From assembly GCA_023270055.1 (NCBI GenBank), contig JAGDYB010000008.1, forward strand, positions 3,438 through 67,437: a DNA stretch of 64,000 nt, given 5' to 3'. Numbering within the stretch: position 1 is the stretch's first letter; each line of letters opens with the position of its first letter. The stretch comes from Candidatus Micrarchaeota archaeon. GTDB taxonomy: Archaea > Micrarchaeota > Micrarchaeia > Micrarchaeales > CABMGC01. The position numbers were made by a program, and so were the translations under genes. Below are positions 19,060-29,123 of this stretch, piece by piece. The notes below the pieces were generated by a model. It was not told where the DNA came from, made no database searches, and worked only from the letters and a program-made list of their open reading frames with translations.

Positions 19060-20039
19060 TGGAAGCGGAAAATGTGGACAAGGGCGAAGCGAGCACCATA
19101 TTGGTCACTGGATCCAACGGCAAGCTGGGAAAGGAGCTTATAAAATCGCTGATAAAGAAAGGCGATACAGTCAGGGCGCTCATAAAAAGGAAAGAGATGG
19201 TTGTTGAGCTTCCCGCTGGCATAATACCTTTCATTGGGGACCTGACCGACATCCACGCGCTCAAAAAAGCGGTAGAAGGCGCAGACACGGTGTTCCATCT
19301 AGCTGCAATAGTAAGCGAATACAAGGCTACAACAGAGGAGATAATACGTGTCAACGTTGATGGTACGAGGAACATTATGGATGCCGCAGAGGAAAGCGGC
19401 GGGCCGCATGTGATATTCGCAAGCACCGTCGACGTATACGGGCACAAGAGAAAGGATTTGCTCACCGAGGAGTCGGCCATAGATCCAAAGGATCGCTATG
19501 CATACAGCAAGGTGCTTGCGGAACAGGTGATAAACCGCTACAAGCCGGTTGTGCCGTTTACCATATTCCGCATGGCTAACATCTATGGCCCCGGCTTTGA
19601 AGCTCCATTTTTCAAGGTGTTCAGGCTCATAAAAGAGGGCAAGGCAAGGATAATAGGCAAAGGCGACAACAAGCTCAACCTTGTGCATATATACGACGTC
19701 TTGCAGGCTATGCTGCTCGCAAAGGAGAACAAAGTCAGCAGGGGGAAGGTCTACAATCTCACGGATGGGCAAGCGCATACGCAGGAGTTCCTGTTCGACT
19801 TCATTGCAGACAAGCTTAAAGTGCCGAGACCGTCAAAGCACGTGAGCGAACTGCTTGTAAGGTTTCTTGCAAAGCAGTACGGAATCGACAGCGACGAGCT
19901 GAGGTTCCTGATGAGCAGCAGGCTCATTGACATATCGAAAATAAGGAACGAGCTTGGTTATTCTCCGCTGATAGACATAGAGAAGGGAGGCAGCAGCATG
20001 ATTGAAGATTTCCTGAAGAGTGGCGGAAAGGGTGTGTAG
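19056..20039 (+). CDS. NAD-dependent epimerase/dehydratase (extended SDR)
   Basis: ILVTGSNGKLGKELIKSL Rossmann motif and YAYSK catalytic motif. ATGA overlap with the upstream gene. Confidence 0.85.
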   Translation: MMEAENVDKGEASTILVTGSNGKLGKELIKSLIKKGDTVRALIKRKEMVVELPAGIIPFIGDLTDIHALKKAVEGADTVFHLAAIVSEYKATTEEIIRVNVDGTRNIMDAAEESGGPHVIFASTVDVYGHKRKDLLTEESAIDPKDRYAYSKVLAEQVINRYKPVVPFTIFRMANIYGPGFEAPFFKVFRLIKEGKARIIGKGDNKLNLVHIYDVLQAMLLAKENKVSRGKVYNLTDGQAHTQEFLFDFIADKLKVPRPSKHVSELLVRFLAKQYGIDSDELRFLMSSRLIDISKIRNELGYSPLIDIEKGGSSMIEDFLKSGGKGV

Positions 20040-20828
20040 ATGAAAATAGGCAAAACGGAAAAATACATAGACGAGGTTCTTGAAAGCAAGGGGGCGATGA
20101 TGTTTACGGTAATAGATCCAGTGGACTACAAGACTCCCGACATTGCGGTAAAGGCGGGGCTTGAAAGCGTAGAGGGAGGCACGGATCTGCTGCTGATAGG
20201 AGGCAGCATAGGGGCGCAGGGGGAACTGCTCGATTATGTCTGCAAGGGGATAAAGGATAAGGAGAGCAGCGTGCCTATAACACTTTTTCCCGGAAACATA
20301 GCCACGCTGACAAGATACGCAGACGCGGTATATTTCATGTCGCTTCTTAATGCCAGAAATCCATACTGGATAACGCAGGTGCAGTCGCTTGCCGCTCCTG
20401 TAATAAAAAGGATTGGCATAGAGCCTATACCAATAGGATATATAGTAATCGCGCCGGGTGGCACTGTGGGTTGGGTCGGCGACGTGAATCTTGTCCCAAG
20501 GGAAAAGCCGAAGATAGCGGCTTCGCTGGCCATGGCAGGCGAATTCTTGGGAAACAGGATAATAATAACTGATGTTGGTTCAAACCCGCAGTTGCAGAAC
20601 GAGGGCCCAGTTCCAGTAGAGATGATAAAAATGGTAAGGAGCTCTATAACGGTTCCATACATAGTTGCCGGCGGCATAAGGACCACGGACGCGCTGCGCA
20701 CTGTTTACAGGGCAGGCGCCGACATAACCCAAATAGGCACTGCAGTAGAGCAAAGCAGCAATTTCAAGGCCAAGGTAGAAGCATTTGCAAAAGTGGTAAA
20801 GGAAGAGGGAAAGAGAAAAATAAAATGA
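20040..20828 (+). CDS. Geranylgeranylglyceryl phosphate synthase (PcrB/GGGPS family)
   Basis: 262 aa. FTVIDP..., GGTDLLLIGGS and VAGGIRT motifs of the archaeal ether-lipid GGGP synthase. Confidence 0.85.
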   Translation: MKIGKTEKYIDEVLESKGAMMFTVIDPVDYKTPDIAVKAGLESVEGGTDLLLIGGSIGAQGELLDYVCKGIKDKESSVPITLFPGNIATLTRYADAVYFMSLLNARNPYWITQVQSLAAPVIKRIGIEPIPIGYIVIAPGGTVGWVGDVNLVPREKPKIAASLAMAGEFLGNRIIITDVGSNPQLQNEGPVPVEMIKMVRSSITVPYIVAGGIRTTDALRTVYRAGADITQIGTAVEQSSNFKAKVEAFAKVVKEEGKRKIK

Positions 20829-20832
20829 TTTA

Positions 20833-21957
20833 ATGCGCGAAATCGCCGCGGTGGAGCTCAGTCTTGTTGTTAATGAGCTGAATGGCATCGTCGACTCGTT
20901 CCTGAGAAAATTCTACGAGGTTTCGGAAGATGCATTCAGGATGAACTTTTATTCGCAGTCCGAAGGCGGCAAGATCGACGTGTTCATATCATTGAACAAG
21001 ACAATAAACATTACCGCGTACACAGAGCACGCAGGCGAACCAACTGGCTTCGCAATGTCGATAAGGAAAAGGATAGAAGGCAGAAGGCTCGCTTCGATAA
21101 AACAAATAGGCATGGATAGGATAATAGAAATGGACTTCTCTGGCAGCGAGGGCTACAAGCTGATAGTAGAGATGTTTGGCAAGGGAAACATGATACTTGT
21201 GAATGGGAGCATGAGCATAGAGTCCGCATACAGGTTCGTGAAATACAAGGAGAGGGAAATAACGCGCGGGTCAGCCTATGCGTTTCCTGCAGGAGATCAG
21301 AGAGGAATATGGGATATTGATAAGGAATATATTGCGAAAAAATTGGAGGAGCTGCGCGAGGGCGAGCAGGCGATACGTGAGCTCAGCAGGTGCTTCAACT
21401 TTGGGCCGCTGTATGTAGAAGACATACTGCTGCGATGCGGGCTTGATCCTCGTACGCCGTTGAAACGCGAGCATTACAAGGCAATTGGCGATGGCGTATA
21501 CGAATTCATAGAAAGGGCAAGACATCCCAGCCCGTCGGTATACGTGCGTGGCGGCAAATACATAGACTACTCTGTTGTGCCGCTCAAAAAATATGAGAGC
21601 GCTGAAGCAGTGCATTTTAACACAGTTTCCGAGATGCTTGACAGTTTTTATCTGGAAGAGCGTCGGAGCTCAGCAAAGGGCGAAGAGCCCGAAGGCGGCA
21701 GGAAGCGGAAGGAGATAGAGCTAAGCATAGAAAAGCAGAAAAAGATCGCGGAAGAGATGAGAAGCGAGGCAGAGGAGAGCAGGAAAAGTGCAAACGCAAT
21801 ATTCAAGCATATCAACGAAATAAACCAGCTCATAATGATGCTGAAGGAGAACGAGAAGGCGCCAATAGACGAACTTAATAAGAACCTTAAGGACATAAAA
21901 GTAAAGAGCATAGACCTCAAGAGAAAGAAGGTGAAAATACAGCTTGAAGATGGATGA
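20833..21957 (+). CDS. NFACT-N domain protein (Rqc2/FbpA-like), short form
   Basis: The N-terminal ~270 aa resemble the NFACT-N domain (ELNGIVDSFLRKFYEV..., MFGKGNMILVN), followed by a K/E coiled coil. No NFACT-R/DUF814 part is visible. The ORF ends inside the start of rnz. Confidence 0.6.
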   Translation: MREIAAVELSLVVNELNGIVDSFLRKFYEVSEDAFRMNFYSQSEGGKIDVFISLNKTINITAYTEHAGEPTGFAMSIRKRIEGRRLASIKQIGMDRIIEMDFSGSEGYKLIVEMFGKGNMILVNGSMSIESAYRFVKYKEREITRGSAYAFPAGDQRGIWDIDKEYIAKKLEELREGEQAIRELSRCFNFGPLYVEDILLRCGLDPRTPLKREHYKAIGDGVYEFIERARHPSPSVYVRGGKYIDYSVVPLKKYESAEAVHFNTVSEMLDSFYLEERRSSAKGEEPEGGRKRKEIELSIEKQKKIAEEMRSEAEESRKSANAIFKHINEINQLIMMLKENEKAPIDELNKNLKDIKVKSIDLKRKKVKIQLEDG

Positions 21958-22855
21958 TGCAATGGACATAAGGGTCGTAATGTTGGGCACTTCCGGTTCC
22001 ACGCCGACAAAGGCAAGAGGCATGCCTGCGGTCGCGGTGGTTTACGAAGGCTCCGTTTACCTTTTTGACTGCGGCGAAGGCACGCAGATGAAAATGATGA
22101 AATACGGAATAAACATGTCGAAGATAGAGGCAATATTCATAACGCATGCACATGGGGACCACATACTCGGGATCGCGGGCCTGGTGAGAACCCTTGCGCT
22201 GAACAAGCGCACCACACCGCTCACAATATTTGTTCCGAAAGGCTATGAAAAAACAATACAGACGCTGATCTCTTTCGACAGGGCGCTCATAAGCTATCCT
22301 ATAGAAGTGAAAGGAGTCACTTCTGGCACAGTGTACAAGGGTGCCGGCATTAAGGTTAGTGCGTTCAAGCTTGTGCACACGATACCCGCATGCGGCTACG
22401 TGTTCAGCAAAGAGGAAAAGAGAAGATTTGACAAGGAAAAGTGCAGGAAACTGGGCATCAAGGGGAAGATGTTTGCCGAGCTGGAAGCAAGGAAGAGAAT
22501 AAAAATAGACGGCAGGCTTGTGAAGCTGGGCGATGTGACATACGAAGTTGGCGGGAAGAAAATAGTATACGCAAGCGACACTAGGCCTGCTGTTGGCACC
22601 ATAAGGGCTTCAGGCGGCGCAGACCTGCTTATACATGAGGCGACGTATCTTGAAAGAGATATAGAAAAGGCCAAGAAGCGCGGTCATTCTACAGCTGCGG
22701 AAGCGGCTAGCGTGGCGCGCAAGGCAAAAGTGAAAATGCTGGTGCTGACGCATATAAGCGCAAGGTACAGGAGCACGATAATGTCGCTCAACGAGGCGAA
22801 GAAGGGATTCGATAACGTCATTGTGGCAAGGGACGGGTATGTTATAAATTTGTGA
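21944..22855 (+). CDS. rnz: Ribonuclease Z (tRNA 3' endonuclease)
   Basis: VVMLGTSGSTPT..., ITHAHGDH and THISARY motifs. 303 aa. Confidence 0.9.
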   Translation: MKMDDAMDIRVVMLGTSGSTPTKARGMPAVAVVYEGSVYLFDCGEGTQMKMMKYGINMSKIEAIFITHAHGDHILGIAGLVRTLALNKRTTPLTIFVPKGYEKTIQTLISFDRALISYPIEVKGVTSGTVYKGAGIKVSAFKLVHTIPACGYVFSKEEKRRFDKEKCRKLGIKGKMFAELEARKRIKIDGRLVKLGDVTYEVGGKKIVYASDTRPAVGTIRASGGADLLIHEATYLERDIEKAKKRGHSTAAEAASVARKAKVKMLVLTHISARYRSTIMSLNEAKKGFDNVIVARDGYVINL

Positions 22856-22918
22856 CAGCGCCGCATGCCGCATGCAAAAATATTTTAACATGCGCAGCAA
22901 ATATAACCTATGGATTTC

Positions 22919-22989
22919 GGAGGCATAGTCTAATGGTAGGACGGCAGATTGACATTCTGCAAGCCGGAGTTCGATTCTCCGTGCCTCCA
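22919..22989 (+). tRNA. tRNA-Val(GAC)
   Basis: Fold: GGAGGCA TA GTCT AATGGTA GGAC G GCAGA TTGACAT TCTGC AAGC CGGAG TTCGATT CTCCG TGCCTCC A. A clean cloverleaf with no intron and no CCA. Confidence 0.92.
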
Positions 22990-23063
22990 TCACCTTAATC
23001 CTTTCCCTTTTATTCCATAACCGCCAAATCTAAATATTTGCGTTTGAAAACATATTTGGTGAA

Positions 23064-23600
23064 ATGGGCGTAGAAGATATTGTTGTTGCAAAGATAAGGA
23101 ACATAAAGGACTACCCCAAAAAAGGCATAGTGTTCAGGGACATAACGCCGCTGCTGAAAGATCCAGATGCCTTCTCCATGTGCATAAATCATCTTTCAAA
23201 GGAAGTTGAAAAGTTGCCAGACTGGAAAAAGATAAACTATCTGGCAGCAGTCGAGGCGCGCGGATTTATAGTAGGCTCAGCGCTTGCCTACAAGATGGGA
23301 ATCGGCTTGATACCTGTAAGGAAGCCGGGGAAGTTGCCGTACGAGAAAGAGAGCGTGAAGTACAGATTGGAATACTCAAGCGGCAGGCTTGAGATGCACA
23401 AGGATGCGCTGTCAAAGGGGGATCGGGTTCTTATAGTTGACGATCTTCTTGCAACTGGCGGAACTTCGCTTGCAGCGATGGATCTTGTACAGCGTCTAGG
23501 CGGCACAGTGTCTGGATTTGCATATTTGATAGAGCTCAAGGGTATGGAGGGAAGAAAGAATCTGTCGGGATACAAAGTGATCTCGCTGGTCAAGCTCTGA
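23064..23600 (+). CDS. apt: Adenine phosphoribosyltransferase
   Basis: VLIVDDLLATGGT PRPP-binding motif, FRDITPLL and 178 aa. Confidence 0.9.
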   Translation: MGVEDIVVAKIRNIKDYPKKGIVFRDITPLLKDPDAFSMCINHLSKEVEKLPDWKKINYLAAVEARGFIVGSALAYKMGIGLIPVRKPGKLPYEKESVKYRLEYSSGRLEMHKDALSKGDRVLIVDDLLATGGTSLAAMDLVQRLGGTVSGFAYLIELKGMEGRKNLSGYKVISLVKL

Positions 23601-23635
23601 AATGCGCATTGCCGAACGTCTTGCAATTACTCTTA

Positions 23636-24328
23636 TTATATGTTATTCAGCCTTGCCTTAAGCTCGTCTATGCCTACCTTTGTGGTGAGCAGCGGTATCT
23701 TCTCTATCTGGGCTATCTTTATCGCCAGCTTGTCGACGTTTTCCAAATTGAATATCACAACTATTTTAGGCTTTATGGGTGCAACCCTAACCACAACCAT
23801 CGGCGACCTTCCTGTTGTAACCTGCTCAAATATGAAAGCTCTTTCAGTGGTAGTGCCGAAAAGCTTCGGATAGTCGCCAAGCGACATCTCCAGTATAACC
23901 CTAAGGCTGTCAAGCAGCGTGTATCCAAATATCTTTATGCTGTCAAGGTAGCTCGGGTTGGCCACAACTTTTGCATCTATCATGCGCGCAAAGTCAACAC
24001 CTGTTATCGGCGCCGAGAAATCCTTTAGAATGTAAGGCGCCTCCTGCTGCGTCTCCTTTATCTCAACCTTCTCCAAGTTTGCGGCAACAGTGCCTCCTTT
24101 TTTATCATCTATTTCGAAGAGCGCGTTAACAAACCTCTTTATGACCCCTACACCAGGGCTCATTCTCCTGTTGCCTTCATAATCGCTTATAGTTGACGTT
24201 GATATCTTCAGATGCTTGGAAAGTTCTATCTGCGACACGCCGAAAAGCTCGCGCCACTTTTTCATTGTGGTTCCTGGAGTTTCTGAAAGCGCTATTTCCC
24301 CAGCGATAATCTCCTTCAAGCTGTCCAT
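23636..24328 (-). CDS. XRE-type HTH transcriptional regulator with C-terminal uncharacterised domain
   Basis: MKKWRELFGVSQIELSKHLKISTSTISDYEGNRR is a classic HTH_3 motif. It is followed by a ~150-aa conserved archaeal C-terminal domain. Confidence 0.75.
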   Translation of the reverse strand: MDSLKEIIAGEIALSETPGTTMKKWRELFGVSQIELSKHLKISTSTISDYEGNRRMSPGVGVIKRFVNALFEIDDKKGGTVAANLEKVEIKETQQEAPYILKDFSAPITGVDFARMIDAKVVANPSYLDSIKIFGYTLLDSLRVILEMSLGDYPKLFGTTTERAFIFEQVTTGRSPMVVVRVAPIKPKIVVIFNLENVDKLAIKIAQIEKIPLLTTKVGIDELKARLNNI

Positions 24329-24469
24329 ATATAGAAATTACAACTTCAAGCTTATTAAAGTTATGTCATATAACGAATATACATTAGACAAAACACGCTT
24401 GACAGAAAGATATAAAAATGTTGCATGCGAAACAATTCGCATTGCAGATAAGATATCCTCACTCCCATC

Positions 24470-25162
24470 TTATCTGCTTTCCTTTTTCTTACCCTTCTTT
24501 TCTATTTCTTCATACGCCTTTCTCACGTTTTCAGGTGGCGTTTGCATTTCATTTGCCGCAATGGTTTTTGGCTTCTTAAATATGCCCCATATGATAAGCA
24601 CCAATCCAGCAACGAACCCCAGAATCACAAATATGCCAAGGCCCAGGAAGCCATTCATGTTTATGTTGAGCACACCTATAGTAACTTTTGCCGTTACAAT
24701 ATTGTTCCCAACATTTTGCAGTATCGAATAGTAAGTGCCTGGCACGAAGAGTGGCGTCTTGGACAAGAAATACACGTGCGAGCTGTTTGTCGAATTAACC
24801 GCCGGTTGCCTTAGCAGCGTGTCAACCGACGAATTGTAGGCAAACGCGAGCACGCCTATTTTGCCTAGGTTTTTCAGCATGTCCGGCAAAGCAAGGTTGC
24901 TCTTGTTCGTTATATACCCTTCTACTGCCTGAAGGTTTGAGCCGTTGATCAAGTATACGTTCAGCGGTCCGGTCGAATTGTAATACTCGGCTATCTCCCC
25001 TTCGCCTGCAAGCTGCACCTTCATTGTTTGAATCCCGCTGCTGTTTATGGCAAAGCTGTTGTTGTAGTATGTTGTGCTCATGAGGAGACCGCTTGCGAGC
25101 ATCGGTATGAGGAACACAAGCACTATCAGCAATATGCCTATATATACGAATTTTTTATACAT
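24470..25162 (-). CDS. Extracellular protein anchored by N- and C-terminal TM helices
   Basis: N-terminal helix YIGILLIVLVFLIPMLASGLL and C-terminal helix GLGIFVILGFVAGLVLIIWGIF plus a KK-rich tail. No recognisable domain. Confidence 0.65.
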   Translation of the reverse strand: MYKKFVYIGILLIVLVFLIPMLASGLLMSTTYYNNSFAINSSGIQTMKVQLAGEGEIAEYYNSTGPLNVYLINGSNLQAVEGYITNKSNLALPDMLKNLGKIGVLAFAYNSSVDTLLRQPAVNSTNSSHVYFLSKTPLFVPGTYYSILQNVGNNIVTAKVTIGVLNINMNGFLGLGIFVILGFVAGLVLIIWGIFKKPKTIAANEMQTPPENVRKAYEEIEKKGKKKESR

Positions 25163-25310
25163 AAAATTACTCCAAAGCTATCAGTTACTATTCCGCTGCT
25201 TTCTTTTAAATTTCTTTCCATGAAAACCTAACCTTCAAACTTCTTCTGCACTTTTTGTTGATAAGTTTATAAATCATAACTGCACATATAAAAACAAGGG
25301 AATAAGATAA

Positions 25311-26057
25311 ATGGATGGTGGTTATTTGGAAAGGGTTCAAACAGGCATAAAAGGCTTGGATTCAATGCTTTTTGGTGGTATACCTGCAGGCAATCAGGTC
25401 CTTGTAGTCGGCGGGCCAGGCGCCGGAAAGACGCTGCTCTCATTCGAGTTCCTGTACAGAAACGCGCTGCAAGGAAGCAAAGGTATATTCTTTGCACTTG
25501 AAGAGCAGAAGGACAGGCTCATAGAAAATGTGAAGGAAGCATTCAGCGATCTGGGCAAGGGCATAGACGAGATGATCAGCAAGGGAATGCTCATAATAGA
25601 CGGCGAGGACATAGTCTCAAGACTCAACGAGGGCGTCACGCAGCCGACCTACGAGTTCGGAAAGGTGGTTTCTGATATAGAAACAATGGTTACTGATGTT
25701 GGAGCCAAGTTCGTAGTGATAGACCCGATAACCTCAATGAGTGTGATACTCGATGATCCTAAGGTTTATAGAAGAACTCTGCTTGCACTTGTTGCGAATC
25801 TACGCAGGCTTGGGCTGACATCTTTGATAACGATGGAAGCAAAGACGCCGGAGCGAAAATTTGCAAGGTTTGCCCCAGAATATTACCTTTTTGATGGAAT
25901 ACTGTCCCTGTACCAGCTTGGCGAGGAGGAAAAGAGGATACTGGCAATGGAAATAATGAAGATGCGCGGAACAAACCACAGCTTCGTGACAAGCCCCTAT
26001 GAAATAACCTCCTCTGGCTTTAGGGTGATTTCCGCCGAAGACGTGGCGCTGCCTTGA
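25311..26057 (+). CDS. KaiC/RadA-like single-domain RecA-superfamily ATPase
   Basis: GIKGLDSMLFGGIPAGNQVLVVGGPGAGKT (Walker A), VVIDPI (Walker B) and MKMRGTNHS. Confidence 0.85.
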   Translation: MDGGYLERVQTGIKGLDSMLFGGIPAGNQVLVVGGPGAGKTLLSFEFLYRNALQGSKGIFFALEEQKDRLIENVKEAFSDLGKGIDEMISKGMLIIDGEDIVSRLNEGVTQPTYEFGKVVSDIETMVTDVGAKFVVIDPITSMSVILDDPKVYRRTLLALVANLRRLGLTSLITMEAKTPERKFARFAPEYYLFDGILSLYQLGEEEKRILAMEIMKMRGTNHSFVTSPYEITSSGFRVISAEDVALP

Positions 26058-27151
26058 CGGTGGTTAAGATAGAAGCCTCAGAAAAGAAAGATGCGAAAGA
26101 AGAAGATTTGTCAGCGCACATAAGCATCAAGAGGCTCGGGCTTCTTACTGTAGTGCTTGTTATTGTGGCAGTTGCCCTAGTTCTAATTCCAAGGCCTGCA
26201 AATCCGGTAAAGGGCTGCCTTGGCATAGTGTTGCAACAGAACAGAATAAGCTGCCTTTATGATCTCGCGGTTTCGTCGCATAATGCGTCTGTCTGCAGCT
26301 ATATAACACAGCCAAATGTGGAGGCATCATGCTACGCAAAGGTAGGAACGGAGACGCTAAACCCAGAATACTGCAGTGGCATCTCCAAAATAAACAGCAG
26401 CACCTATTCCTACTGCATGTCTTATATCGCTAAACATACAAACAATGCGAGCATGTGTGCCGCAGTGCAAAACGACAGCTGCGTGACATCCGTCGGCATG
26501 CAAACTGAAAATATAAGCACGTGCAATCTTATCTCAAACCAATCGGAGAAAAGCATATGCCTCTCTTCTGTAGGCATAGAGAAGGCGCTTGCATACGAAA
26601 ATTCGTCATACTGCTTGGACGTTTCTTCGTCGATCAACTCAACTGAACTGCAGGCTATCGCGCTGAACATAAATATGTCCACGCTGCTTGGCTCGGCATC
26701 AAACACAATGCTCATAAATGAGCTCTCACTGGCGCCATCACTTCAGTCATCGCCACGCGACATATGCTACATAGCCCTTGCGGCAAAAACGGGAAATGTG
26801 AGCTATTGCAGCGGTATAAATTCTTCCGAGTCAAGGGGAATATGTGAATCATCTATACTTCCTCCGCGCACTGAAAACCTGACCTACAACTATACAGAGC
26901 TTCTTTCCCTTTGCAAGAATGCAAGCTACTCGTCAATATGCTCGAAAATATCTGGCATGTCGCTCACAATTGCGGAAGCAATACAATACGATAACGTTAC
27001 GAAGTGCAGCACGCTGAACTCCACCGCTTCATGGGTGTGCTATGCGGCCATGGCGAAGGCGTTTGACAATGAAAGCTACTGCAGTTATATATCTAACTCC
27101 ACATATAATTCTGCGTGCATATTCGATATAAGCAGCAACAGTTCCACATGA
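26054..27151 (+). CDS. Membrane-anchored extracellular protein built of ~9-10 Cys-pair repeats
   Basis: The TTG start overlaps the KaiC-like stop. One TM helix (LLTVVLVIVAVALVLI) is followed by repeats of the type C-x7-10-C-Y-x-x-[VIA]-A-x5-N-x-S-x-C (e.g. RDICYIALAAKTGNVSYC, SWVCYAAMAKAFDNESYC). Confidence 0.7.
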   Translation: MTVVKIEASEKKDAKEEDLSAHISIKRLGLLTVVLVIVAVALVLIPRPANPVKGCLGIVLQQNRISCLYDLAVSSHNASVCSYITQPNVEASCYAKVGTETLNPEYCSGISKINSSTYSYCMSYIAKHTNNASMCAAVQNDSCVTSVGMQTENISTCNLISNQSEKSICLSSVGIEKALAYENSSYCLDVSSSINSTELQAIALNINMSTLLGSASNTMLINELSLAPSLQSSPRDICYIALAAKTGNVSYCSGINSSESRGICESSILPPRTENLTYNYTELLSLCKNASYSSICSKISGMSLTIAEAIQYDNVTKCSTLNSTASWVCYAAMAKAFDNESYCSYISNSTYNSACIFDISSNSST

Positions 27152-27161
27152 GCGTATAAGC

Positions 27162-28586
27162 ATGTTCTCCGGCCAGGTAGTTTCAATAAGGCATTCTTCT
27201 GATCCACGGGAGAATGTATATTACATTTTGGGTTATGACAGTGGTGTTTCCGAAGCAAAGGTCTCGCTGATCGCGTGCAGCAGCAGCCTTGTCCTGAATG
27301 TCGGGGAGTGCGTTTCCGCTGAAATTGCTGAAGGCAGCATAAAAAAGTTTTCCCCTCTTTCTGAACGCGCGTCTGCGGAGCTGAAGTCGCGAATGGATGA
27401 AGGGGTGCGCTCTTTTGTAGAATCCGCCGTCTCCCCCGCATTCAAATCTGGCATATCTGACCTCGACAATATTACCTCAAAAATGGAAACCAAGCTTCAT
27501 GCCGCAGCGGCGCTGCTGCTCTGGAAGCTCGCCTACGGCGCACCAGTGGTGGTAAGGTTTCACAACGATGCAGACGGTGCAAGCGGCGCGTATGCTGTGC
27601 ATATTGCGGCAAAGCATGTGTTCGAGAACGGGATTTTCGCGACAGAGCCAAGGATAGCGTGGCACATGCACAGGTCGATAGCGTACGGCGCAGACAGCGC
27701 ATTCGAAGACGAAGTTTCGGCGAGTGCTTACGATTCTGTTGAGAAACCCCTACTAATTATAATAGACTTTGGCACATCACCCGACAGCAATGCCGGCATA
27801 GAGCGTGCGCTGAAGAAGTTCGACATAATATGGCTTGATCATCATCCTGTAGTCGAAGGCTTTTCCGGCGCCACGCTTGAGCACTACATAAATCCTTGGC
27901 TTTTCGGCGGAGACTCGAACTACACCGCAGGCTTCCTGGCGTGCGCATTTTCCAGCATTTTGTCAAGCGCGGACTATTCCGCGATATACGACGCGTCGCT
28001 CATAGGGGATTACAGCACGTACGCGAAGCACACTGCAGAAGGCAACGATTTGGCAATAATACTGGATTTGATAACAAGCGACAGGAGAATAGCATACGGC
28101 GATGCGAGCGGCGACATAACGCCACAGCTCATAGACAGGATAATGTATGACGGAAAGAGGAAGGCGGAGCTCCTAGGCTATGCAAAAATGAGGCTGAGCG
28201 AGGCTATGGATTTGGCAGTTGCGCGCGTGAAGGAGTACAAGTCGCGGGCTGCGAATGTTTACCTCCTTGATTTCAACGAGATACGCGGTGATGACGAGGG
28301 CAGGTATCCGTTGCCGGGGAGGTTTGCGTCAAAGGTGTTCGAGCACATGGAGAAGCTTAGCGACAGAAGCTGCGTGGTAATACTGCATTTCAACCTCTTC
28401 ATATCTATAAGGGCAAGCTACGATGTGGATGCGCTTTCAATAGTGAACGCGGTTGCCGGAGAGTACAGCACAATAGAATCTGCCGGCGGGCACAGGAACG
28501 CATGCAGCATAAAACTCAAGGATGAGCAGGAAAAACGCAGTATCATAAATTCTATATTGCGCAGGTTAGGCGTGGAGAAGAACTGA
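27162..28586 (+). CDS. DHH/DHHA1 phosphoesterase, RecJ/GAN(Cdc45)-like, with extra N-terminal domain
   Basis: DHH motifs VVRFHNDADGASGAY, IIIDFGTS and IWLDHHP. DHHA1 motif ESAGGHRNACSIK. The first ~110 aa are not recognisable. Confidence 0.65.
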   Translation: MFSGQVVSIRHSSDPRENVYYILGYDSGVSEAKVSLIACSSSLVLNVGECVSAEIAEGSIKKFSPLSERASAELKSRMDEGVRSFVESAVSPAFKSGISDLDNITSKMETKLHAAAALLLWKLAYGAPVVVRFHNDADGASGAYAVHIAAKHVFENGIFATEPRIAWHMHRSIAYGADSAFEDEVSASAYDSVEKPLLIIIDFGTSPDSNAGIERALKKFDIIWLDHHPVVEGFSGATLEHYINPWLFGGDSNYTAGFLACAFSSILSSADYSAIYDASLIGDYSTYAKHTAEGNDLAIILDLITSDRRIAYGDASGDITPQLIDRIMYDGKRKAELLGYAKMRLSEAMDLAVARVKEYKSRAANVYLLDFNEIRGDDEGRYPLPGRFASKVFEHMEKLSDRSCVVILHFNLFISIRASYDVDALSIVNAVAGEYSTIESAGGHRNACSIKLKDEQEKRSIINSILRRLGVEKN

Positions 28587-28604
28587 GCGGTGAACTCTAA
28601 TCTT

Positions 28605-29114
28605 TCATTTCCCTCCGAATATGAGCATGCCCTTCTTTGCCTTCTCCTTCCTGTTTCTTTTCTCCTGTATCTTTGCATATTCCTCCCTAGTCCAGCCGTA
28701 CGGTGCTGAATGTCTTATCTCTGGTGGGAAGAAGGCGTAGGAATAAAACTCCTTGACATAATCGTAGTCTCTTTCCGCGATGTTGCTCGCATCTACGTTT
28801 ATGCCTTCCTTTTTCAGGAACTCAATCAGCTCGTCCCTGCTTATCTTTGGCTTTTTGTTTTCAGCCTCTGGATGATTGTAGATTACGCTTATGCGCCTTT
28901 TTACAAATTCCACCTTGGCCTTGATTATCGCGTCATGCAGCATAAGCCTGTATTGCAGCCTTGCGCAGTGCGGTATGTCAATGAGCTCCTCCTTTTTAAG
29001 GTTGTTGAACTCTATGCGCTTTATCATGCCGTAAGGTATATTTATCGCGCTTGTGCTCTGCTCTGCAGATGCACCATCGGCTTTCGCGACACCACTCGCG
29101 TTTTCAGTTGTCAT
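28605..29114 (-). CDS. Hypothetical protein, co-directional with and 10 nt downstream of the radical SAM gene
   Basis: 169 aa. Coding-like composition, no recognisable motifs, basic C-terminus. Confidence 0.55.
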   Translation of the reverse strand: MTTENASGVAKADGASAEQSTSAINIPYGMIKRIEFNNLKKEELIDIPHCARLQYRLMLHDAIIKAKVEFVKRRISVIYNHPEAENKKPKISRDELIEFLKKEGINVDASNIAERDYDYVKEFYSYAFFPPEIRHSAPYGWTREEYAKIQEKRNRKEKAKKGMLIFGGK

Positions 29115-29123
29115 TCCCTCGCC

